Source of the DNA: Archangium sp.
GTDB lineage: Bacteria; Myxococcota; Myxococcia; Myxococcales; Myxococcaceae
Direction of reading: 5' to 3'
Assembly (NCBI GenBank): GCA_031367385.1
Contig: JANLPS010000039.1
Coordinates: 1 to 38,360 of the forward strand
DNA: 38,360 nt
The notes under the pieces are model-generated. The model did no database searches, was not told the origin of the DNA, and was given only the letters and a program-made list of their open reading frames with translations. Positions 31,381-38,360 of this stretch are shown here, piece after piece. Position numbers and translations under genes: made by a program. Position 1 is the stretch's first letter. Each line of letters begins with the position of its first letter.

Positions 31381-31530
31381 TCAGTCGTTCAATGCCATTG
31401 CGCGTGGTCGCAGGACGTAGTTCCATTCACGTGGAAGGTCTCGCGATCGACTTTGCGTTCATTGAGTTCCTTGCCAAGACGTTCTTGCACGTCGGATTTC
31501 CGAGGTGGCTGAGGGCCGGGTTCATCACGG
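31381..31530 (-). pseudogene. Frameshifted 3'-terminal remnant of a related ISAzo13 transposase
   Basis: Manual alignment of 31381-31495 to 32187-32305 gives about 93/119 identities with three small indels; translates in pieces as NPTCKNV / KELNERKVDRETFH / EWNYVLRPR versus YPTGKKV-SAKELSALNIERENFHGDWNYVIRPR. Confidence 0.85.
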
Positions 31531-31783
31531 CTGATGTTCTACTGGCCGCGGAGCGAGCCCTCTTTGGGGCTCTCGCCGTGCTCGAGTTTCGAGCGGTCAC
31601 TGCCACCCCTCCAGTAGAGTTCGAACTCTCCTCAGCCCGCAAGCTCCAGCTCACGGCCTCGCGAGCGCTGACCGTTCGCACCTGTAGTCGACCGCAACGT
31701 CAACTCTGCCGTCCTCATCCGCGGCCGATGGCGCGGCTTGAAGGGGAACTCGTGACAGTGTCGCCGAGCTGTCGTATTTCGCG

Positions 31784-32179
31784 ATGATGAAAATTCTCTT
31801 GGTCCTTGCAGCGGCCTTAACGATTCTTGGCTGTGGGGGTGGCACCCCAAAGTGCACCACCGCCAACTGCACGGGCTGCTGCAGCGGTACCGATACCTGC
31901 GTGGTCGGTACCGAGGTCACTGCGTGTGGGAAAGGGGGCACGCTCTGCATCGCTTGCACCTCGAATCAGGTCTGTTCGAGCGCCGCGTGCGCGGCCAATT
32001 CCGTCACTCGATGCAGTGCCTCCAACTGCGACGGCTGTTGCGATGCGAGCGGCTCGTGTCAGAAAGGCCACGCGGCGTCAGCCTGTGGCGCAGGCGCTGC
32101 ATCCTGCGTCGTATGCCCGTCGGGACAGTCGTGCGCGGCCGTCTCGCCGACCTCGGAGTATGGCGGGCAATGCGGCTAA
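31784..32179 (+). CDS. Small Cys-rich lipoprotein with two 10-Cys modules (IS passenger)
   Basis: Lipobox ILGC; two repeats of C-x4-C-x2-CC-x5-C-x8-C-x6-C-x2-C-x5-C-xn-C. Confidence 0.85.
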   Translation: MMKILLVLAAALTILGCGGGTPKCTTANCTGCCSGTDTCVVGTEVTACGKGGTLCIACTSNQVCSSAACAANSVTRCSASNCDGCCDASGSCQKGHAASACGAGAASCVVCPSGQSCAAVSPTSEYGGQCG

Positions 32180-32194
32180 CGGCCTGTCAGTCGT

Positions 32195-33409
32195 TCACTG
32201 CGATAGCGAACGCGGTCGGATGACGTAGTTCCAATCGCCGTGAAAGTTCTCGCGCTCGATGTTGAGCGCACTGAGTTCCTTGGCTGAGACCTTCTTGCCC
32301 GTTGGGTAGTTGCGGCGGTCGAGGCGTGCGCGGACCACGAGGCCGCCTCGGTTTGTGGTGTTGGAGATGAGATTGATGACCGTCTCGTATGAGCGCAGCG
32401 GTCGCCCACGCCAATTGATTGAAATGAACGAGAAGAGGCGATGCTCGACCTTGTTCCATTTGCTCGTGCCCGGCGGGAAGTGGCTGACGCGAATGGCGAG
32501 GTTGAGCTTGTCAGCGAGCCGCTGCAGCTGCTGCTTCCAGACGTGTGAGCGGTAGCCATTGCTGCCGCCCGCATCGGCGGTGATGAAGAGCTCGCTTGCA
32601 TTGGGGTAGCGAGCGACGCCGACTTGGCGCCACCAAGCCTCGATAGAAGTGACTGCGAATACCGGCGTGTCGTGGTCGACGCCCACGCTGACGAAGCCGT
32701 CGTTGGCACCGACGTCATAGATGCCGTACGGAATCGCCTTGCCCACGGCGTCAGACGGAAAATCGTGAACGTCAACCAACTCGGGCGTGCCTTGTGGCTG
32801 CCATTCACGACCGACGTTCTTGAAGTTGCCTACCAACTCTTTCTTCTTTGTGTCGACGGAGATGACCGGAACTCCGCGCTCGAGCCCTTCTTGCGCTTTG
32901 GCATTGATGTGCTCGAACTGGGCATTTCTGTCTGCGTGCTGAGCGCCTTCGACGGCCTTGCTCGGCGCCTGAAGGCTGTACCCGTGGTTGCGCAAGAGTT
33001 TGGCCACGGTCTTGTCACTGAGCTGAATGCCGTGGCGCTCAAACAGCTCATCCGACAACACGCGTGTGCTCTTGCACGTCCACCGAAGCGGTGACTCCGG
33101 GTCGCCTCTGGTCAACGGGTCGACCAAACTCTCGAGCGCGGGCCAAACCTCCGGGTGGGCGACTTCGAACGGGCGCTTGCCGGCACTGCGCCGAACATTG
33201 ACGACGTCTTCGCGCCGCGCCCCAGCGCGAGCCTCATCTCGCCCCTTCCTCACGGTGCTGATTGCCATTCCAGTCGCACGCGCGACTGCTGCAACTCCCC
33301 CATAGCCCAGGGCGCCAGCTTCGGTGCCGGCCCACAGCCGGCGGGCTCGCTCGTTCATGGTCGGCTTCAGCAGACGCCACTTTTGCTGAACCAGTTTTTC
33401 GGCGCCCAC
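32195..33409 (-). CDS. ISAzo13-family DDE transposase
   Basis: TRGDPESPLRWTCKS, RNAQFEHIN, ISVDTKKKE, ITADAGGSN, PPGTSKWNKVEHRLFS, FHGDWNY; intact 404 aa. Confidence 0.95.
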   Translation of the reverse strand: MGAEKLVQQKWRLLKPTMNERARRLWAGTEAGALGYGGVAAVARATGMAISTVRKGRDEARAGARREDVVNVRRSAGKRPFEVAHPEVWPALESLVDPLTRGDPESPLRWTCKSTRVLSDELFERHGIQLSDKTVAKLLRNHGYSLQAPSKAVEGAQHADRNAQFEHINAKAQEGLERGVPVISVDTKKKELVGNFKNVGREWQPQGTPELVDVHDFPSDAVGKAIPYGIYDVGANDGFVSVGVDHDTPVFAVTSIEAWWRQVGVARYPNASELFITADAGGSNGYRSHVWKQQLQRLADKLNLAIRVSHFPPGTSKWNKVEHRLFSFISINWRGRPLRSYETVINLISNTTNRGGLVVRARLDRRNYPTGKKVSAKELSALNIERENFHGDWNYVIRPRSLSQ

Positions 33410-33501
33410 CGCGGCCCTAGATCACGCCGCCATACGTATTGTCGATCCCCCTCGCGGCGCTTTTACGCGCTGGACTCGATCGACTCCGGCATTCGCAGGC
33501 C

Positions 33502-34695
33502 CTAAGCGAAGTTCTTGAGAAACCGTTTCGCCGTTTCACCCACCGGGTGCGACGGCGGAGCGGTCTTCAACGCTTCGCGCGCGTGACGCTCGCTCGAGTC
33601 GAGCTCTCCGAGCTTGTAACAAGCGATCGCCAGGTTGAGCTGCGGCATGAAGCGCTCGTGGTACGGCGCGTGGCCCGTCGCCTGCTCGAGCAGCCTTCGC
33701 GCCTCGGTCGTGGCACAGATACTCTCGGTCTCGAGCAGCAGGGTCGCTAAATTGTTCTTCGGTTGCCACTCGGTCGGCGCGAGCACGGTCGCGTTTCGAT
33801 AGGCGTGTTGTGCAAGCTCAACGAGGCGCAGGCTCTCGTAGATGCCGCCCAGCTGATAATGCGCCCGCCAGCTCTTTGGGTTGCGCCGCAACACCTCGTG
33901 CACCGCCGCCTCGGCCGCGCCGACGTTGAGCTTCGAGAGCTCGAGCACGGCGACCAACAACCAGCCATCGTCTTGCAGCGGTGCGAGCGCGATTTGTTTT
34001 CGGGCGTGCACGATCGCTTGATCGACGTCGCCCCTGCGCATCGCGACCACCGCCCGCTTCGAGGGAAAAACCGCTTGGCGAGAAAAGCGCTCCTCGGCGC
34101 TCGCGAGCAGCGTGTCAGCCAGGTCGAGCTTGCCGGCCTCGACCAACACGTCGGCCAGCGTGACGTAGCCTCCGACGAAGTACGGCGCGCTCGCGATGCA
34201 CCGTCGAAGCACGGCGACTGCAGTGCTCAGAGCCCCGGTCTTGAATGCCGCGGTGGCATAGCTGACCGCGACCTCGGGCACGTTGGGCATCAGCTCGGTC
34301 GCGCATCGAAGGTGCAGGGCCGCCTCTTTCCACCGCTGTTGCTGTGACAACACCCGGCCCAGGTTGAACGCCGCCGGGCCGAAGGTGGGGCAGTACCCGA
34401 GCGCGCGTTCGAAGAACGAAGCCGCACCGAGCAGGTCGCCGGTGATTTCGGCGGCCGCACCGCGAATGGTCAACGCCTCGACCGACTGCGGGTGACTCAA
34501 GAGCACCGCGTCGAGCAACGCCGCACCGTCGGCCACACGACCGGCAGCGAGCACCGTCCGGGCGACTCCGATCGCGGGCAGGGGTGAGTCAGGGTCGAGC
34601 TCGCGTGCGCGCTCGTACAACGTGGCGGCGCGTTCGAGCTCGAGCTGCACCAGGCAATTCTCAGCTTCAAACAACAAGGGAGCGATGGGGATCAT
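33502..34695 (-). CDS. Tetratricopeptide repeat protein
   Basis: TPR pattern throughout (AAFNLGRVL, AHYQLGGIY, NNLATLL). Confidence 0.85.
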   Translation of the reverse strand: MIPIAPLLFEAENCLVQLELERAATLYERARELDPDSPLPAIGVARTVLAAGRVADGAALLDAVLLSHPQSVEALTIRGAAAEITGDLLGAASFFERALGYCPTFGPAAFNLGRVLSQQQRWKEAALHLRCATELMPNVPEVAVSYATAAFKTGALSTAVAVLRRCIASAPYFVGGYVTLADVLVEAGKLDLADTLLASAEERFSRQAVFPSKRAVVAMRRGDVDQAIVHARKQIALAPLQDDGWLLVAVLELSKLNVGAAEAAVHEVLRRNPKSWRAHYQLGGIYESLRLVELAQHAYRNATVLAPTEWQPKNNLATLLLETESICATTEARRLLEQATGHAPYHERFMPQLNLAIACYKLGELDSSERHAREALKTAPPSHPVGETAKRFLKNFA

Positions 34696-34713
34696 GGTTT
34701 CGCCAGGGCCGGT

Positions 34714-34730
34714 TGCAGGCTCGAGGCCAA
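34714..34730 (-). promoter_or_regulatory. Possible sigma-54 promoter for the TPR gene
   Basis: Minus strand TTGGCCTCGAGCCTGCA (GG-N10-GC), ending 19 nt above the ATG. Confidence 0.45.
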
Positions 34731-34762
34731 ACGGTTTTCGCCAGGTTCTCGGCGGTTGCGCG

Positions 34763-35191
34763 CTAGTCGGTGTCTCTCGCGAGAGACTGTGACTCGAGCC
34801 AGCCCTGCAAGATGAGAACGGCGGCGACCTGGTCGACCACCTGTTTTCGTTTCGCCCGTGAGACGTCGGCTTCGATGAGCGCCTTCTCAGCGGCCACCGA
34901 GGTGAGCCGTTCGTCCCAATAAATGACGGGGAGCGAGGCCGCTTCAGCGATGGCGTCTCCGAATTTTCGGCACTGTTCTGCGCGGGGCCCTTCGCTGCCG
35001 TTCATGTTGAGCGCGAGACCGACGATGAGCTGCGTGACGCCGTACTCGGTGATCAGCTTCGCGACCTCGGCGAGGTCAGCCTTGATGTTGGTGCGTCGCA
35101 CGGTGGTGATGGGCTGCGCCGAAAAGCCGAGCTCGTCGGCGATGGCGATGCCCACCGTCTTGGTACCAACATCGAGCCCCATCGCGCGCAT
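34763..35191 (-). CDS. ruvX: YqgF/RuvX family RNase H-like protein
   Basis: GLDVGTKTVGIA, VGLALNMNGSEG, WDERLTS, VDQVAAVLILQ. Confidence 0.95.
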   Translation of the reverse strand: MRAMGLDVGTKTVGIAIADELGFSAQPITTVRRTNIKADLAEVAKLITEYGVTQLIVGLALNMNGSEGPRAEQCRKFGDAIAEAASLPVIYWDERLTSVAAEKALIEADVSRAKRKQVVDQVAAVLILQGWLESQSLARDTD

Positions 35192-35272
35192 CGTGCCCTC
35201 GAACTAGCACGAGAAATCTCCCGCGGGAGACACCGCGCGCGGCGCAATTCGCTGAAATCATTGTTTTGTCGA

Positions 35273-35289
35273 TTGGCACGACGGCTGCT
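35273..35289 (+). promoter_or_regulatory. Sigma-54 promoter (-24/-12)
   Basis: TTGGCACGACGGCTGCT versus consensus TGGCACG-N4-TTGCW; AAGGAG RBS lies downstream before ATG 35328. Confidence 0.7.
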
Positions 35290-35327
35290 CAGCCGGGCGC
35301 CGCAACCCATTCACGTGAAGGAGCACC

Positions 35328-35705
35328 ATGAGGCACGAAGAGTTCACCACCCGTGACGCGCAGCGCATCATTCAAGCTGGCTGCGAGCTCTACAGCAGTG
35401 ACGAGCTCGATCTGGCGGCCGATATTTTCAAGGGCTTGATCGCGCTCGACCCCCATGACCCGTTCATTCGCACCGCGTACGGCATGGTTTTGCAGGAGCA
35501 GGGTGATGAGACCTCGGCCGCGCGCGAATTCGATTCGGCCATCGAAGAAGACCCGAAGATGCCAATCGCGCTGCTCAACCGCGGCATTCTGATGCTCAAG
35601 CGCGGTGACCTGACGGGCTTGGATGATCTCAACGCCGTCTCGGCGTTGAACGACGGGGTCGGCGATCGGGCGCGCGAGATCATTCGCGCCTTCGGGCCTC
35701 GGTAA
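35328..35705 (+). CDS. Small TPR protein resembling SycD/LcrH type III secretion chaperones
   Basis: 125 aa, acidic, three TPRs, AADIFKGLIALDPHD...YGMVLQEQG pattern; good RBS. Confidence 0.65.
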   Translation: MRHEEFTTRDAQRIIQAGCELYSSDELDLAADIFKGLIALDPHDPFIRTAYGMVLQEQGDETSAAREFDSAIEEDPKMPIALLNRGILMLKRGDLTGLDDLNAVSALNDGVGDRAREIIRAFGPR

Positions 35706-35828
35706 CGAGTTTTGTGGTCGTCGTCATGCGGGCGCGCATCGGTGCGTCCGGGGGAACTTGATGATGGTCAGGTCGCGCGGTGGAGACCGTGCTGACCCCG
35801 TGTGGCGGGTGGGCCTCCTCCAGGTGGC

Positions 35829-37004
35829 CTACCCGCCGTCGGCTTTGCGGGTGATCACGAGCGCGTCGAGCCGCTCTGCAATCGGAGGGTGCGACAAACC
35901 GCGCCAGACAATCCACCGAGGGGGCTCCGGGTCCATCTTGTTGATGCGGGCGGCTTTCACCAGCATCGCGCGAAACGAGGCCGCGTCACCGGTCAGTGCG
36001 ACCGCATACTGATCTGCCGCGAGCTCGCGCTGACGTGACTGCCAGCCACTGATCGGTGCGATGAGCGTGGTGCTGAGCTCGAAGAGCAAGAAGATCAACG
36101 GGAGGGTGCGAACGTCTGCGCGCTCGGTGATGCCGCCCAATCGGTGCTTCGCCGAAAGTCGAAACACGAGCTCGATCAGCAGCAAAAACAGCACCATCGC
36201 CACCGAGCTGCCGAGCCGGCCCAGCCATCGAGGTTCGTGCACGTGCCCCGCTTCGTGCGCGACGGCCGCCAGCACCTCGTCGGTCGACATCGCCGCGAGC
36301 AGCGTGTCATTCAACACGATGGTTCGAGTTGGCCCTTGCCCCGCGAAGTACGCCTGCACCTCGACCGATTTCTGCGCCGTCTTGTCGACCAGCACATCGT
36401 GAAAGTCGATCTGCGCCGAGGCCATCAGCTCTGAAATTCTCGCCCGCAGCGGGCCCTCCTCGAGGGGCACCTGGTCGACGTACACGCGCGAGCGGTACGG
36501 GTCGATGGCGGTCGACGCCACCATCAGCACCGAGGCGACCAGGCCGATCACCCACCACCACGAGGTCATTCTTCGTGCGAGGCCGAACAGCCCAAACCCC
36601 AGCGCCATCATCGACAGCGCGCTCAAGATGGCCCGCTTGAGCTCATCGAACGCGAACGAGCCGAGCGACTCGGTCGACAACCCATATTGATGCTCACGCA
36701 CGTACCCGACGTACACGGTGAGCGGGAGGTACAGCGTGGTCACGATGGCGAAGAGCAGCAGCGAGAACACCAGCGCTTCTGCCCACCCAGGCCCCCACCA
36801 CATCGCGTCGAGCACCCGTGGCCGGCGCCATGAAGAGACCAGGCGTTGACTCAGCGCATACAACGGCCGCGCACCGAATCGCGCCGTCAGCGCCAGCACC
36901 ACCGGCCAGGCGATCGCGTCGATGGCGATCAGCCAATAGCGCACCGAATGGTACGACTTGATCTCTGCGAGCAGCTCCGGCGTGAAGAGCGGCTCCACCG
37001 TCAA
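35829..37004 (-). CDS. M48 (Ste24-like) membrane metalloprotease
   Basis: EVLAAVAHEAGH, ELAADQYA, SHPPIAERL; several TM helices. Confidence 0.9.
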   Translation of the reverse strand: MTVEPLFTPELLAEIKSYHSVRYWLIAIDAIAWPVVLALTARFGARPLYALSQRLVSSWRRPRVLDAMWWGPGWAEALVFSLLLFAIVTTLYLPLTVYVGYVREHQYGLSTESLGSFAFDELKRAILSALSMMALGFGLFGLARRMTSWWWVIGLVASVLMVASTAIDPYRSRVYVDQVPLEEGPLRARISELMASAQIDFHDVLVDKTAQKSVEVQAYFAGQGPTRTIVLNDTLLAAMSTDEVLAAVAHEAGHVHEPRWLGRLGSSVAMVLFLLLIELVFRLSAKHRLGGITERADVRTLPLIFLLFELSTTLIAPISGWQSRQRELAADQYAVALTGDAASFRAMLVKAARINKMDPEPPRWIVWRGLSHPPIAERLDALVITRKADGG

Positions 37005-37011
37005 CGGGAGG

Positions 37012-38154
37012 TCACGAATGCGGCTTCTTGCCAGCAGCGGGGGGAGGCGGCGGTGGCGCTTCGGGCATCTCTTCAGCCTTCGCCTCAGCCAACAACAGCT
37101 CCTTCATGCGCTGCAGGCTCTGCTTGGTCTCTTCGACGAACGGGTTCGCCGACCCAATTCGCTCAGCCGCTTCGAGCGTGCGCTCGTACACGGTGATCGC
37201 CTTGGTGATCAGCACCCGAATCTTCTTTCGCAGCTCAGCCCGGTAGGTCTCGTTCTCGCGCGCATCGAGATCGCTCGGCGTCGGAGCGTTCATCATGTGC
37301 TCGTACATGTTCTCGTAGAGGTTGCCGATGCGCTGCCCCGACGCGGTCGCCCAGTAGCCATCGCCCAATCGAATCGCGCGCAGGTAGTGCCCCTGTGACG
37401 AGAGCAACAGCTCAGACTTGTACTCGAGGTCTTGCGCGAGCTTCTCGGTGTCTTTGCTGCCGTCGAGAATGATCGACTCGTAGTGAAGCCTGAAGATTTC
37501 TCCCAAAAAGAACTGCGCCTGGCTGGGAAAGTACGGCTCGACCAGGCTCTTGTCGGGCAGCTCTTGCCAGTAGGTCAGCGCGTCTCGCAGCGTCTTCTCG
37601 GCGAGGTCGAACGATTGGGTCGGCAACCCGGCGTCGACCTGGCAGATGCCCTGCTGCACCTTCGCCTCGATGCGTTTGTTCGGAGGCAGGTCAGCCCGGT
37701 CGGCGATCTTCTGCAGCACCTCGACGGCCTCTGAAAACCGCTCGAGCTTGTAGAGCGCCAAGGCCACTTGAAAGGCCGCGTCGAGCGAATCGCCAGTACC
37801 CTTCACCGGGTCTGAGAGCTCGATGAACCGGGCGAGCGCGTCGTCCCATTGCTGCAATTTGCCGAGCGCCAGGCCCGCGTTGTAGAGCGCGACCCGGCGG
37901 TGCTTGCTGGTGGCGTGAAAGTCGGCGACCCGGCCGAAGTAGCGCGCGGCCTGGGTGTACTCTTCTGCCGCGTAGAATGACGTCGCTTGCGCGAACAGCT
38001 CTTCGTCGTTGAGCTTGTCGAGCTCGAGGTCGCCGGTGATGACGACGTCGTCGAACCGAACTTCGCGAACGAGGCCTCCCGGGCCGTTGGTGTGAACGCA
38101 GGCGGCGGTAGTCAGCAAGACGGCAGCGCAGAAGATGCGCATCGAGTGGCTCAT
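37012..38154 (-). CDS. TPR lipoprotein
   Basis: Lipobox TAAC; TPR motifs (ALYNAGLAL, AQFFLGEIF). Confidence 0.8.
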   Translation of the reverse strand: MSHSMRIFCAAVLLTTAACVHTNGPGGLVREVRFDDVVITGDLELDKLNDEELFAQATSFYAAEEYTQAARYFGRVADFHATSKHRRVALYNAGLALGKLQQWDDALARFIELSDPVKGTGDSLDAAFQVALALYKLERFSEAVEVLQKIADRADLPPNKRIEAKVQQGICQVDAGLPTQSFDLAEKTLRDALTYWQELPDKSLVEPYFPSQAQFFLGEIFRLHYESIILDGSKDTEKLAQDLEYKSELLLSSQGHYLRAIRLGDGYWATASGQRIGNLYENMYEHMMNAPTPSDLDARENETYRAELRKKIRVLITKAITVYERTLEAAERIGSANPFVEETKQSLQRMKELLLAEAKAEEMPEAPPPPPPAAGKKPHS

Positions 38155-38234
38155 GGTGGTGGGGTGACCGACAGCAACGATTCAAAACGAGTTCCTGAGA
38201 ACGTACTGTGCTCGCGACGCCGTTGCCCAGGCGC

Positions 38235-38360
38235 CTACCGAAGCTCCAGCACCGCATCGCCCCACAGGTATCGTGAAGTCTCCCACACGGCATGGAGGTC
38301 GAAGCTGTACCGCCCACCGAAGTTGCTCACGTCGCCGTTCACCCCGCCGCCGAACACCCC
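38235..38360 (-). CDS. C-terminal fragment of a hypothetical protein (5' part outside window)
   Basis: Open frame GVFGGGVNGDVSNFGGRYSFDLHAVWETSRYLWGDAVLELR* with GC-rich third positions. Confidence 0.5.
   Translation of the reverse strand, partial: GVFGGGVNGDVSNFGGRYSFDLHAVWETSRYLWGDAVLELR

Larger units (their letters stand above)
31362..33502 (-). mobile_element. ISAzo13-family insertion element with passenger gene (2141 bp)
   Basis: Terminal inverted repeats GGGCCTGCGAATG (31362-31374) / CATTCGCAGGCCC (33490-33502); TAA direct repeats at 31359-31361 and 33503-33505; contains the transposase. Confidence 0.9.

Noticed and set aside
31392..31787. 131-aa + strand ORF and the 84-aa antisense ORF
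   Set aside because: They overlap the transposase remnant, and have no motifs and atypical codon use.
31381..32305. DGR-like template/variable repeat pair
   Set aside because: Mismatches involve all bases and include indels, and there is no reverse transcriptase; a decayed IS remnant explains it.

Overview
High-GC DNA whose gene content and protein style (ECF sigma factor, Ser/Thr kinase-STAND-TPR fusion, D-A-G-repeat and Cys-rich lipoproteins, DUF1501-type operon) point to a myxobacterium; this assignment is inference. Most of the window is core or semi-core genes: the 3' end of proS, larC, a 5'-3' exonuclease, a HerA-like ATPase, purF, kdsA, GT2 and GT39 glycosyltransferases, the prkA-DUF444-spoVR operon, a peptide-binding lipoprotein, ruvX and an M48 peptidase. 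Four things stand out. (1) A 2141-bp ISAzo13-family element (31362-33502) with terminal inverted repeats and a TAA target duplication sits in the overlapping stop codons of two convergent genes. It carries a Cys-rich lipoprotein passenger, a decayed second transposase 3' end and a deleted internal end, so it looks like gene capture in progress. (2) A translationally coupled ECF sigma / zinc anti-sigma / exported caspase-beta-barrel triad. (3) A papain-fold protease with tandem RRGTDDDSIG repeats lies head-to-head with a kinase-STAND-TPR gene. (4) A structured palindromic intergenic element at 3028-3134. No rRNA, tRNA or CRISPR array was recognised. All family calls come from motif recognition by eye, not from database searches.
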